Positions 35,632 to 45,648 are shown, numbered from the stretch's first letter. The stretch: DNA of 61,244 nt from an uncultured bacterium (GCA_900547585.1 URHD01000001.1:1-61244), one strand, 5' to 3'. Numbers and translations: made by a program. Notes: generated by a model not told the origin, from the letters alone.

Positions 35632-35662
35632 AAAAAGAGGGCTTTTTAGTCCTCTTTTTTGT
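35632..35662 (+). terminator. rho-independent terminator after the GlgP-like gene
   Basis: AAGAGG-loop-CCTCTT followed by TTTTTG. Confidence 0.65.
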
Positions 35663-35681
35663 TTTTATTGTGAGTTTGTGC

Positions 35682-35807
35682 GTAAATTAGCAGGAAATAT
35701 TCTTCTTCGTTCTGATTCCCCCGGGGATTCAGAACAAAAAGATAAAATTCACCATTATACGAGCCTTCCTCCATAGTCACTGCGAAGAATATTTCCTGCT
35801 AATTTAC
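35682..35807. repeat. structured module B: ~78-nt GC-rich core clamped by a perfect 24-bp inverted repeat
   Basis: GTAAATTAGCAGGAAATATTCTTC (35682-35705) is the exact reverse complement of 35784-35807. The core contains the near-palindrome GTTCTGATTCCCC-C-GGGGATTCAGAAC. Confidence 0.8.
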
Positions 35808-35831
35808 TTTGAATGCCTTAAAATAGATAAG

Positions 35832-35950
35832 AAAATGAGCGGTATCTTATTTGGAGTGACTATGGGGGAGGGCTCATGAATCGTGGATGTAACCTTTTCA
35901 CGAATATTGCCCGGAGGAATCGGAACGGAAAATAAGATACCGCTCATTTT
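35832..35950. repeat. structured module C: inverted, diverged copy of the module B core clamped by a different perfect 21-bp inverted repeat
   Basis: AAAATGAGCGGTATCTTATTT (35832-35852) is the exact reverse complement of 35930-35950. The reverse complement of the core aligns to core B at both ends (CGTTC[TC]GATTCC[CT]CCGGG and GAGCC[TC]TCC[TC]CCATAGTCACT). Confidence 0.8.
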
Positions 35951-36046
35951 TGCCCACCCCACCCCAAGCCAACCAAAACAACAAAAAATTAAAATTTGAA
36001 ACTAACATTTTCTTATGGAATAATATGGTCAAAAGAGTATCGGAAC

Positions 36047-38884
36047 ATGAATGACAAAATAATTATAAAAGGTGCAAATCAGCACAACTTAAGGAATGTG
36101 GATTTGGAACTGCCGAAAAATGAACTCATTGTTTTTACGGGAGTTTCAGGCTCGGGCAAAAGTTCGCTCGCTTTTGACACAATATTTGCAGAAGGGCAAA
36201 GACGCTACGTCGAAAGCCTTTCGACATACGCGCGCCAGTTCCTCGGACAGATGGACAAACCCGATGTCGAGTCCATTGAAGGGCTTTCTCCGGCGATTTC
36301 CATTGACCAGAAATCAACATCCAACAATCCCCGCTCAACAGTCGGCACTGTAACGGAAATCTATGATTATTTGAGGCTGCTTTTCGCCAGAATCGGCGTT
36401 CCGCACTGCCCTGAATGCGGCGACCCGATAAAACCGCAATCAATCGACGAAATTGTCGACAGAATAATGAAACTCCCCGAGGGCACAAAAATCCAGATTA
36501 TAGCGCCAGTCGTAAGAGGCAAAAAAGGCGAATTTGTTTCATTGATAAACGAACTCAAGCAGGACGGCTTTGTTCGCGTCAGAATTGACAACGAAATTTA
36601 CAACCTTGACGAAATAGATGTAAAAGAAATCGAACTAAAAAAGACCCAGAAACACAATATCGACGTTATTGTCGATAGAATTGTGGTAAAAGAAAGCGCA
36701 AAATCCAGAATCGCTGATTCTGCGCAAACCGCGCTCCAGAGGGCAAACGGGCTCATGTCGGTTGACGTTGTCGGGCAAAAAGAGATGATTTTTAGCGAGA
36801 AACTCGCCTGCCCGAAATGCGGCTTGAGTTTTGAGGAACTTGCACCGCGAATTTTCAGTTTTAACAGCCCGTATGGCGCCTGCCCGAAATGCTCGGGGCT
36901 TGGCGCGGATTTTGTGATTGACCCGAACCTTGTTGTGCCTGACCGTAGAAAATCTCTCAAAGAAGGGGCAATTTACCCGTGGAGCAAAACCTCAACTTCT
37001 TACTATGATGACCTTTTGAGCTCTGTTTGCGCACATTACGGCATTGATATGAACAAACCGTTTGAAGATTTGAGCAAAGAAGAACAAAAAATCATACTTT
37101 ACGGCTCGGGCAGCGATTTATTGGATATACGCGTAAAAGAATTCGGCACCCATCGCTACAAAACCAGAAAAATGCGGTTTTGTGGGGTAATTCCGTTTCT
37201 TGAAAAAAGATACAACGATTCCTCAGGCGAATACTGGCGTGAAGAAATCCAAAAATACATGGTTACAACCCCTTGTCCTGATTGCAAAGGCGCTAGATTG
37301 AAACCATTTGCTTTAGCAGTGACTGTAAGGGGTAAAAACATCTTTGAGGTGTGCAATATGCCTATTTCAGAGAGCTTCGAATTCTTTTCATCGCTTTTTC
37401 TCGAACTTTCTGATTTTGAAATGGAAATTGCAAAACAGATTCTTGAAGAAATCAGAGCCCGTTTGAAGTTTTTGATTGATGTCGGGCTCGGATATCTTGA
37501 TTTAAGCCGTATGGCAGGGACACTTTCCGGCGGCGAAGCGCAGAGAATCAGGCTTGCAACCCAAATTGGAAGCGGATTGTCAGGCGTTTTGTACGTTCTT
37601 GATGAGCCGTCAATCGGTCTGCATCAGCGTGACAATGATAAATTAATAAAAACCCTTTTAAACATGCGAAACCTTGGAAATACGCTCATTGTGGTTGAAC
37701 ACGACGAAGACACAATGCGAAATGCTGATTATATCGTGGATATCGGCCCGAGAGCAGGCGTTCATGGAGGAAAAATCGTCGCAAAAGGCACGCTTGAAGA
37801 CATAAAAAAATCAAAAGAATCCATAACCGGCAAGTATTTGAGTGGTGAAAAGGTTATTCCCGTGCCCCAAAAACGCCGCGAGGGCAACGGAAACTTCCTG
37901 CAAATCAAAAATGCTCACCTTAACAACCTAAAAAATATCTCACTTGATATTCCGCTTGGCAAAGTTGTTGCGATTACAGGCGTGTCAGGCTCGGGAAAAT
38001 CGTCTTTGATGATTGATTTGATTAGAGAGTATGCGCTGCACGAATTAAGGGGCAACAAACCAAAACCTCAGGGCGTTGACGAGATTCTTGGCTTTGAAAA
38101 TATCGACAAAATCATTGATATTGACCAGTCGCCCATCGGCAGAACCCCGCGTTCCAATCCGGCGACATATACGGACGTTTTCAGCCACATCCGTGACCTT
38201 TACGCAAAAACAAACGAGTCAAAAATGCGCGGTTATCAGCCCGGACGTTTCAGTTTTAACGTAAAAGGCGGGCGCTGCGAGGCTTGCAAGGGCGATGGCG
38301 TAATAAAAATCGAAATGAACTTTTTATCGGACGTTTATGTAAAATGCGATGTCTGCAAAGGCAAGCGCTACAACCGCGAAACCCTTGAAGTCAAATACAA
38401 AGGCGCTACAATCTCTGATGTGCTTGAAATGACGGTCGCAGAAGCCTATGTGTTCTTCGAAAACATTCCTAAGATAAAATCCCGCCTAAAAACGCTTTAT
38501 GATGTCGGATTAGGCTACATAAAGCTCGGTCAGAGCGCAACAACCCTCTCTGGCGGCGAAGCCCAGCGAATAAAACTCGCCTCCGAGCTGAATAAAAAAG
38601 CAACAGGGCGCACTCTTTACCTTTTGGACGAGCCGTCTGTCGGTTTGCACTGGTATGACCTCGACAAGCTTATTAAAATCATCAACAAGCTTGCTGATTC
38701 GGGAAATACGATACTTATTATTGAACATAACCTTGATTTAATAAAAATTGCCGACCATATTATCGACCTTGGTCCCGAGGGCGGAAATGCAGGTGGACAG
38801 GTTGTTTTTCAGGGCACTCCGGAAGAAATAATCAAATGTCCCGATTCATACACCGGTCAGTATTTAAAAGGAATGTTAAATTAA
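36047..38884 (+). CDS. uvrA: excinuclease ABC subunit A
   Basis: [18 protein letters not shown]..., two ABC modules ([14 protein letters not shown]; [14 protein letters not shown]), Zn-finger CxxC pairs and LSGGEAQR signature motifs. ATG at 36047. Confidence 0.95.
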   Translation: MNDKIIIKGANQHNLRNVDLELPKNELIVFTGVSGSGKSSLAFDTIFAEGQRRYVESLSTYARQFLGQMDKPDVESIEGLSPAISIDQKSTSNNPRSTVGTVTEIYDYLRLLFARIGVPHCPECGDPIKPQSIDEIVDRIMKLPEGTKIQIIAPVVRGKKGEFVSLINELKQDGFVRVRIDNEIYNLDEIDVKEIELKKTQKHNIDVIVDRIVVKESAKSRIADSAQTALQRANGLMSVDVVGQKEMIFSEKLACPKCGLSFEELAPRIFSFNSPYGACPKCSGLGADFVIDPNLVVPDRRKSLKEGAIYPWSKTSTSYYDDLLSSVCAHYGIDMNKPFEDLSKEEQKIILYGSGSDLLDIRVKEFGTHRYKTRKMRFCGVIPFLEKRYNDSSGEYWREEIQKYMVTTPCPDCKGARLKPFALAVTVRGKNIFEVCNMPISESFEFFSSLFLELSDFEMEIAKQILEEIRARLKFLIDVGLGYLDLSRMAGTLSGGEAQRIRLATQIGSGLSGVLYVLDEPSIGLHQRDNDKLIKTLLNMRNLGNTLIVVEHDEDTMRNADYIVDIGPRAGVHGGKIVAKGTLEDIKKSKESITGKYLSGEKVIPVPQKRREGNGNFLQIKNAHLNNLKNISLDIPLGKVVAITGVSGSGKSSLMIDLIREYALHELRGNKPKPQGVDEILGFENIDKIIDIDQSPIGRTPRSNPATYTDVFSHIRDLYAKTNESKMRGYQPGRFSFNVKGGRCEACKGDGVIKIEMNFLSDVYVKCDVCKGKRYNRETLEVKYKGATISDVLEMTVAEAYVFFENIPKIKSRLKTLYDVGLGYIKLGQSATTLSGGEAQRIKLASELNKKATGRTLYLLDEPSVGLHWYDLDKLIKIINKLADSGNTILIIEHNLDLIKIADHIIDLGPEGGNAGGQVVFQGTPEEIIKCPDSYTGQYLKGMLN

Positions 38885-38911
38885 CCCCGCAAACTATCAT
38901 CAGGAGCCGAA

Positions 38912-39838
38912 ATGAGAAGAAAAGCTGTCGGAATATTAAATGGTGCCATTGCTGCGGCAAGCTACGGAACAAATCCGCTTTTTGCGCTGCCTTTATTTGC
39001 TGCGGGGGTGGGGGTGAACTCCGTACTTTTTTACAGATATGCGATTGCTGTTATGATTTACGGAATCTGGTTGAAATTCGTTAAAAAAGTATCTTTAAAA
39101 ATAACTCAAAAAGAGTTTTTTCCGCTTTTCTTTTTGTCAATGCTTTTTTCGTTTTCATCTTTGACGCTTTTTCAGGCTTTTAATTACATTGCCGCCGGAA
39201 TTGCATGCACGATTTTGTTTATTTATCCCGTCATTGTTGCAATTATAATGGCGATATTTTTCAAAGAAAAAATAACCAAAACCGTTATAAGCGCGATTTT
39301 ACTTACCTCTTTTGGAATTATACTTCTTTACAACGGCAAAGACGGCGTAACGCTTAATCTTCAAGGTGTTTTACTTGTGCTTTTATCCGCGCTTTTGTAT
39401 GCACTTTATATTGTTGGCGTCAAAAACATAAAGCCAGTAAAACACATAAAACCGGACAAATTGAGCTTTTACATAATGTTTTTCGGGCTTTCTGTTTACA
39501 TTTACAACATCAAGTCTTTCACAAATCTTCAGGTTCCCGAGAATCCGCTTTTATGGCTTTTTGCAATTGCTCTGGCGATTTTTCCGACCATTATTTCGCT
39601 CGAAACAATTACCGTATCAATAAAACTCGTAGGTTCTACGATAACAGCCATTCTCGGCGCTCTGGAGCCTTTGACTGCTATATTTTTTGGCGTGGTTTTC
39701 TTTCATGAGGAACTTACGCCAAGGATAATAGCAGGGGTTGCTCTGATTTTAGCGGGAGTAATTTTGATAGTTCTTCGAAAAACTCACAAAACTCCGCACA
39801 CAGCCAATAATTCGCAAAAAACCGGTTTTAGTGCGTAA
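38912..39838 (+). CDS. DMT-superfamily (EamA-like) transporter
   Basis: 10 TM-like segments in two EamA-type halves. Confidence 0.75.
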   Translation: MRRKAVGILNGAIAAASYGTNPLFALPLFAAGVGVNSVLFYRYAIAVMIYGIWLKFVKKVSLKITQKEFFPLFFLSMLFSFSSLTLFQAFNYIAAGIACTILFIYPVIVAIIMAIFFKEKITKTVISAILLTSFGIILLYNGKDGVTLNLQGVLLVLLSALLYALYIVGVKNIKPVKHIKPDKLSFYIMFFGLSVYIYNIKSFTNLQVPENPLLWLFAIALAIFPTIISLETITVSIKLVGSTITAILGALEPLTAIFFGVVFFHEELTPRIIAGVALILAGVILIVLRKTHKTPHTANNSQKTGFSA

Positions 39839-40145
39839 TCAGTTTTAGACCAACAATTCCGCTAACAATAAACCCGATACAAATAAGCCTTAATATCGTA
39901 ACAGGTTCTTTAAATAAAATTATTCCGAAAACAACTGTTCCGATGGTTCCTATACCTGTCCAGATTACATATGCGGTGCCCAGAGGCAATTGTTTCAGCG
40001 CAAGTGCCAGAAAATAAAAGCTAAAAATCATGCACGCAACAGTGAAGATTGCAGGTGTGAGTTTTGTGAATCCATGTGAAAATTTTAGCCCCACAGCCCA
40101 GCTAATTTCCAGTAGGCCGGCGATAAACAAGAAAATCCAATGCAT
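39828..40145 (-). CDS. sugE: SMR-family guanidinium exporter (SugE/Gdx)
   Basis: 105 aa with 4 TM segments, the conserved E in TM1 (IAGLLEISWAVGLK) and YVIWTGIGTIG. It is preceded by a guanidine-I riboswitch. Confidence 0.9.
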   Translation of the reverse strand: MHWIFLFIAGLLEISWAVGLKFSHGFTKLTPAIFTVACMIFSFYFLALALKQLPLGTAYVIWTGIGTIGTVVFGIILFKEPVTILRLICIGFIVSGIVGLKLITH

Positions 40146-40165
40146 TTTGTTCTCCTTTCATTGCT

Positions 40166-40284
40166 AAAAAGCCAGAAAGAAATCTTTTACAATTTCTCCC
40201 TGGCTTTTATCCTTCCGTGTACTTTTAAAACTTAAAAGCGTTTTCTCTCGGACCAGTCCAAATCTATTGCGGAACCCTAGAAAA
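40166..40284 (-). promoter_or_regulatory. guanidine-I riboswitch (ykkC class) with intrinsic terminator expression platform
   Basis: The minus strand reads CUAGGGUUCCGCAAUAGAUUUGGACUGGUCCGAGAGAAAACGC...GUACACGGAAGGAUAAAAGCCAGGGAGA. This matches the ykkC blocks CUAGGGUUCCG / GGUCCGAGAG / ACACGG.GGGAUAAAAGCC.GGGAGA. It is followed by GCCAGGGAGAAAU...AUUUCUUUCUGGCUUUUU, which overlaps the aptamer 3' end, and then AGGAG and the sugE ATG. Confidence 0.9.
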
Positions 40285-40457
40285 CTTTCTTATTCAATTT
40301 AAAAATATAATAAGTTAAAATCCTTAATTCTTCAATAGGGCGATAAATAGCATCTGTATTTTCGGGTAATTTTTGCAAAGGGCGTGTTTTAAAAGTATTT
40401 TTTTCTGGAACAACGATTCCCTTTTCAGGATGAGCAAGGTCATATTTTCGCTAATGT

Positions 40458-40691
40458 TCAATAAGTCTGGTCTAAATCGACTTTCCCTGCCTCAACAAAA
40501 AGTTTTACTGTTTCATAGTCCTTTTTATTAACAAGATAATAAATAAACTGTGGATGGCTGCTTGCCGTCAACAACCTTTCCGCGAGCTTATCCGAAGCTT
40601 CATCCGGAGAAAGTGCGTTTACCGGCGGAATAAAAGCAGTTAGAATGACTAAAACAACCCCAAAATTTTTTATTAGTTTAAAATGATGCAT
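40458..40691 (-). CDS. small secreted hypothetical protein, possibly a truncated ankyrin-repeat-like gene
   Basis: Signal-like N-terminus (VVLVILTAFIPPVNA). The C-terminus DYETVKLFVEAGKVDLDQ resembles an ankyrin repeat end. An adjoining 45-codon open frame in another phase follows the stop. Confidence 0.4.
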   Translation of the reverse strand: MHHFKLIKNFGVVLVILTAFIPPVNALSPDEASDKLAERLLTASSHPQFIYYLVNKKDYETVKLFVEAGKVDLDQTY

Positions 40692-40710
40692 AAAACCCTA
40701 TAAAAAAATT

Positions 40711-40783
40711 TGCGTCACCCGCGATTCGAACGCGGGACCTATCCCTTAAAAGGGGAGTGCTCTACCTGCTGAGCTAGTGACGC
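40711..40783 (-). tRNA. tRNA-Lys (anticodon UUU)
   Basis: Manual fold: acceptor GCGUCAC/GUGACGC, D-arm GCUC-AGCAGGUA-GAGC, anticodon loop CUUUUAA, T-arm CCGCG-UUCGAAU-CGCGG, discriminator A. No encoded CCA. Confidence 0.9.
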
Positions 40784-40901
40784 AAATTCTATTAAATTTT
40801 CAATTTTTACTGCCAAAACCAACTATTTTTAAAATCTATCAGTTCCGACTGCTTATATAACATAGCAAGAACATACTTTTACGTCAATAATCTTTTTTAA
40901 A

Positions 40902-42188
<1,287 letters not shown>

Positions 42189-42346
42189 TTAATTAATCCT
42201 TTTCACCTTTACTTTTTAATTATAGAACAAAAGGAACAGCTAAACTTCAGGAAGAAATGTAACGATATGTAACAAAAGTATATATTTTTGAAATAGTGAA
42301 GTTAGAATTTACGTTTATATAAATGTAAGAAGAAAAAGGGCACATT

Positions 42347-42742
42347 ATGGCATTCGCAATCGCACAATGTACACAAACTAATTTGCTGGCGACAAAGTCG
42401 GATCTTGAAATGGAAATGACCTTTCTAACTCAAGAACTTATGCAGCTGTCAATGCAATCTCAGGCTATTATAGAACAGCAGTCGCAAGAAGGTCAGTACT
42501 ATATGAGCCAGCACACTGATGAAGAGGGCGTTGTTGATACTTCAGCGATAGAATATGTAAATAGTGATGCTTTTAACAAAAAATTTGATGCACTGCTGGC
42601 GGAAATTCAGGCAAAAGAACAAAAACTTGAGGTACGAAAACAGCAGATAGAGCTAAAACAACAGGCGATATCTGCGCAGGAAGACAGCTGGCAGAAACTC
42701 GGAGACAAACACATCCAAAACGATTTCAAATACGGCAGTTAA
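42347..42742 (+). CDS. hypothetical Gln/Glu-rich coiled-coil protein
   Basis: 131-aa ORF followed by a strong terminator. No family recognised. Confidence 0.5.
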   Translation: MAFAIAQCTQTNLLATKSDLEMEMTFLTQELMQLSMQSQAIIEQQSQEGQYYMSQHTDEEGVVDTSAIEYVNSDAFNKKFDALLAEIQAKEQKLEVRKQQIELKQQAISAQEDSWQKLGDKHIQNDFKYGS

Positions 42743-42765
42743 CCTCCGAAAAGAAGAAAATAAAA

Positions 42766-42796
42766 AAGCTCCACAGGGTATGTGGAGCTTTTTTAA
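42766..42796. terminator. bidirectional rho-independent terminator (coiled-coil gene / hup)
   Basis: AAAAAGCTCCACA-GGGTA-TGTGGAGCTTTTTT. Confidence 0.85.
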
Positions 42797-42812
42797 GCTT
42801 ATGAAGAACTTA

Positions 42813-43106
42813 CTACTTTTTAGCAGCGAGTTTTTTGTCAACAGCTTCTTTGAATTTTTTACCAGCTGAGAAAGCAGGAACAGTTTTAGCTGCGATTTTA
42901 ATTTCTTTGCCTGTTTGAGGGTTGCGGCCTGTTCTAGCTGCTCTTTTTCTGGATTCGAATGTACCGAAGCCGACCAAAGTAACTTTTTGTCCTTTAGCAA
43001 CAGTTTTTTCAACAGTTTCCATCCAAGCGTTGATAACGTCAGATGCTTCTTTTTGAGTAACTTTAGCTAATTTTGAAACTTCTTGTACTAATTCTTCTTT
43101 GTTCAT
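42813..43106 (-). CDS. hup: HU-family DNA-binding protein with short Lys/Ala tail
   Basis: MNKEELV...GFGTFESRKRAARTGRNPQTGKEIKIAAKTVPAFSAGKKFKEAV. Confidence 0.9.
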   Translation of the reverse strand: MNKEELVQEVSKLAKVTQKEASDVINAWMETVEKTVAKGQKVTLVGFGTFESRKRAARTGRNPQTGKEIKIAAKTVPAFSAGKKFKEAVDKKLAAKK

Positions 43107-43276
43107 AGTATTTAAACCCCTTTTCTAAAATGTACATTATTATTATATTTGAATCCTGAATAATGGCAAGTACTTTTTTTCCTCCAAACGGCTGTTTTTT
43201 TAATAGTTTGTTTAAAATCCGTTTTCTTCCTTTACAAAGAGGGAAAAAGTTTTTAAAATGTAATAAAGGACAAAGT

Positions 43277-43840
43277 ATGGAAAAGAAATTCGGATTTTCG
43301 CTTGCAGAAGCGCTTATAACACTCCTCATAATTGCACTGATAACTGTATTATCAGCGCCTGTCATCACCAAAAAAGCAAGAAAACGTGAAGACACAAACA
43401 TGTGGACGTTTGTAAAGAACAAAAATAAATATATTTATCCTACAAACAACAACGATATCATGCTTGGCTCAACAAAACAGCCAAAAGGGATTGTGGTAAA
43501 CGGGGTTCTTGTTTTCAAAAACACTAAAGGCGAAACCATCGGCTGGATTGCAGAAGACGGAACAAATTCCTTTACCCTCGAAAATCAAGGCTTGTCTTTA
43601 ACCTCAATTTCTGATGAAGATATGCGAAAACTTGTTGAGCAGGTTCAAAATAACATCGACGTGAATAAACTCACCCAACAGGTGCAAAATGCCGAAAAAA
43701 TTGCCGGAAAGACCGCCGCAAAGCCCGCTGCAAGCAATAAAGAGCATGCTCAAAACAACAGTGCACAAAATTCGGATTTAAATATTGATATTAATGCACT
43801 AATGAACACAATTAACCAGATAAACAGTCAGCAGAGGTAA
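43277..43840 (+). CDS. prepilin-type N-terminal cleavage/methylation domain protein (pseudopilin-like)
   Basis: MEKKFGFSLAEALITLLIIALITVLSAP is a class III signal (G|FSLxE plus a hydrophobic helix). ATG at 43277 with AAAGGA upstream. Confidence 0.75.
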   Translation: MEKKFGFSLAEALITLLIIALITVLSAPVITKKARKREDTNMWTFVKNKNKYIYPTNNNDIMLGSTKQPKGIVVNGVLVFKNTKGETIGWIAEDGTNSFTLENQGLSLTSISDEDMRKLVEQVQNNIDVNKLTQQVQNAEKIAGKTAAKPAASNKEHAQNNSAQNSDLNIDINALMNTINQINSQQR

Positions 43841-43846
43841 TTAATT

Positions 43847-44299
43847 ATGATAAAACCATGGAATGAATATTTTTTAGAGATTGCAAAAACATGCTCAACC
43901 CGCTCAAACTGCTTCAGAGCGAAAGTCGGCGCAGTAATTGTCGGTGAAGACAAAAAAATCAAAGCAACCGGCTACAACGGCACACCGTCAAAAGTGGTTT
44001 CCTGCTATGAGCTGGGAAAATGCTACAGAATGGAGCATAATATCCCCTCAGGAACAATGTACGAAACATGCCGCAGTATCCATGCCGAGCAAAACGCAAT
44101 AATTCAGGCAGGTCAAGACAGATGCCAGAACGCAACAATGTATATTTACGGGCATGAATTTATCTGTATTCTTTGCAAAAGATTTATTGTTCAGGCCGGA
44201 ATAAAAGATGTTTATCTTTTAAAGGATGAAAATTCACACATGAAACATATTTCTGTAGAAGAAATCCGAAAAGAGCTCAGCGAGTCATTTAAAGTTTAG
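43847..44299 (+). CDS. dCMP deaminase (ComEB-like cytidine/deoxycytidylate deaminase)
   Basis: Zinc motifs HAEQNAI and CILCKRFI. It starts 6 nt after the pilin-like gene. Confidence 0.85.
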   Translation: MIKPWNEYFLEIAKTCSTRSNCFRAKVGAVIVGEDKKIKATGYNGTPSKVVSCYELGKCYRMEHNIPSGTMYETCRSIHAEQNAIIQAGQDRCQNATMYIYGHEFICILCKRFIVQAGIKDVYLLKDENSHMKHISVEEIRKELSESFKV

Positions 44300-44317
44300 A
44301 AAAGTTAAGGAGCTTGA

Positions 44318-44911
44318 TTAAAAAATCAGCTCTTTTATTTCAAAAAGTTCTTCCAGGCGGCCGGATTTCGTTACAGTTTCTATTTTTTCAAGAATCCTAT
44401 CGAGTTCAGGCTGTGAGGGTTCTTTTAGTACTGCTGGCAGATTAATTTGCGAGGTATCTTTTACCGCTTTAAAATTCTTATTAATCGTAAGAAAATCTTT
44501 ATAAACGGTTAAAATTTCCAGCCATTCTGGTGGAAATTCCTCTGATTTACCGGTATAATATGCGCAATCTTTGGGATATTTTTCGTAATAAGCCAGCAGC
44601 GAGTTGATTTCATAAAAAATATCATCGTCAGGCACATTCTGTCCGAAAAAAGCATTATTCAAGATTTCTTTTGGTTCAGATTTAAAGTTAAATTTTATAA
44701 AAGCAGCCCAGAGCAGGCAGCCAAGGTAAAAAGCAGTAGAATTTTCAAACAATTTGCAGAGTTTTTGACGCTGCATCTGGAACTGGACTTTTTTGCGGTT
44801 GAATTGTTTTATTGTCCCGAGAAAGGCATTAAATGACTCAAGGCAATCCGAAAAAACATAGGTATGAGCTGAATAGCCCGGGTCAAAGGGGACACCGTCG
44901 GTGAAATTCAT
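44318..44911 (-). CDS. hypothetical protein, ~197 aa
   Basis: ORF in track. The start is set at MNFTDGVPF with GGAG upstream. No family recognised. Confidence 0.5.
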   Translation of the reverse strand: MNFTDGVPFDPGYSAHTYVFSDCLESFNAFLGTIKQFNRKKVQFQMQRQKLCKLFENSTAFYLGCLLWAAFIKFNFKSEPKEILNNAFFGQNVPDDDIFYEINSLLAYYEKYPKDCAYYTGKSEEFPPEWLEILTVYKDFLTINKNFKAVKDTSQINLPAVLKEPSQPELDRILEKIETVTKSGRLEELFEIKELIF

Positions 44912-44980
44912 TTTAGACAAAGCTCCTTTTTTTAATCTAGCCGGTGAGCCCCTGAACAAGTTCAGGGTGACATTTTATAG

Positions 44981-45165
44981 GTGCTCCGGGAGGCGCTTTG
45001 GGTTGCTTGCCCGAAACTTTTTTAAATTTGCTCCCACGGGAGTTCGACCGAATGTCGGTTTTTATAAAAATCGTGCCCGGGGAGGCGTTTTGGGCTGCTT
45101 GCCCGAAACATTTTCAAATTTGCTCCCTCGGGAGTTCGACCACGCCATGGCCTTTATATATTATA
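44981..45165 (-). repeat. two tandem ~93-nt structured units derived from pieces of the adjacent tRNA-Arg
   Basis: Unit 1 is 44981-45072 and unit 2 is 45073-45165. Each contains CGGGAGTTCGACC on the plus strand, which is the inverted tRNA T-arm. Each ends, on the tRNA strand, with a copy of the tRNA 3' end CCTCCCCGGGCAC. Confidence 0.85.
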
Positions 45166-45239
45166 CGTGCCCGGGGAGGGTCGAACTCCCGGCCTGCAGC
45201 TTCGGAGACTGCCGCTCTATCCTACTGAGCTACGGGCAC
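45166..45239 (-). tRNA. tRNA-Arg (anticodon CCG)
   Basis: Manual fold: acceptor GUGCCCG/CGGGCAC, D-arm GCUC-AGUAGGAUA-GAGC, anticodon stem GCAGU/GCUGC with loop CUCCGAA, T-arm GGGAG-UUCGACC-CUCCC, discriminator G. No encoded CCA. Confidence 0.9.
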
Positions 45240-45297
45240 ATAAAAATACTTTCCAATTATAACATACTGCTATATAATTATATTATAGGGGAAAATA

Positions 45298-45636
45298 ATG
45301 AAAGATAAAAATTGTATATTTTGTAAAATAGCAAATGGAGAAATTCCGGTTGAACCGGTATGGGAGAATGAAAAAGTTTTTGCATTTAAAGATGCAAATC
45401 CACAGGCTCCAGTGCACATACTTGTTGTACCGAAAGACCATTACGCATCATTAAATGAGCTGGACGACAAAAATCTAATGGGTGAGCTGATAAACGGCGT
45501 CAAGTCTACAGCGAAAACCCTAGGGCTAAAAGAATACAGAACTGTCCTCAACACAGGTGAAAGCGCAGGTCAAACTGTCTTTCATATCCATTTTCATGTA
45601 CTGTCCGGACGTGATTTCAACTGGCCGCCGGGCTAA
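45298..45636 (+). CDS. HIT-family (histidine triad) nucleotide-binding protein
   Basis: CIFCKI..., HILVVPK and the histidine triad HIHFHVLSG. Confidence 0.9.
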   Translation: MKDKNCIFCKIANGEIPVEPVWENEKVFAFKDANPQAPVHILVVPKDHYASLNELDDKNLMGELINGVKSTAKTLGLKEYRTVLNTGESAGQTVFHIHFHVLSGRDFNWPPG

Positions 45637-45648
45637 AGAAGGTAATTA

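Noticed and set aside
40300-40691. Frameshifted ankyrin-like pseudogene: the 77-aa ORF plus a 45-codon open frame in another phase immediately after its stop
   Set aside because: The downstream frame (LNISENMTLLILKRESLFQKKILLKHALCKNYPKIQMLFIALLKN) resembles ankyrin repeats only vaguely. With no homology search I cannot tell a true frameshift from chance, so it is kept as a note on the CDS rather than called a pseudogene.
40692-40901. Integrated element or att duplication next to tRNA-Lys(UUU)
   Set aside because: No copy of the tRNA 3' end, no integrase gene and no compositional shift are seen on either side. The flanks are purA and a small ORF.
44981-45165. Possibility that the tandem units are a mini CRISPR array
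   Set aside because: There are only two units and they are contiguous, with no unique spacers. The internal structure is derived from the tRNA, and no cas genes are in the window.
44901-45308. Track ORFs 44901..45308 and 44998..45228 spanning the tRNA-Arg gene and its tandem units
   Set aside because: They read straight through a tRNA gene and structured GC-rich repeats. The apparent coding potential is a by-product of the repeat sequence.
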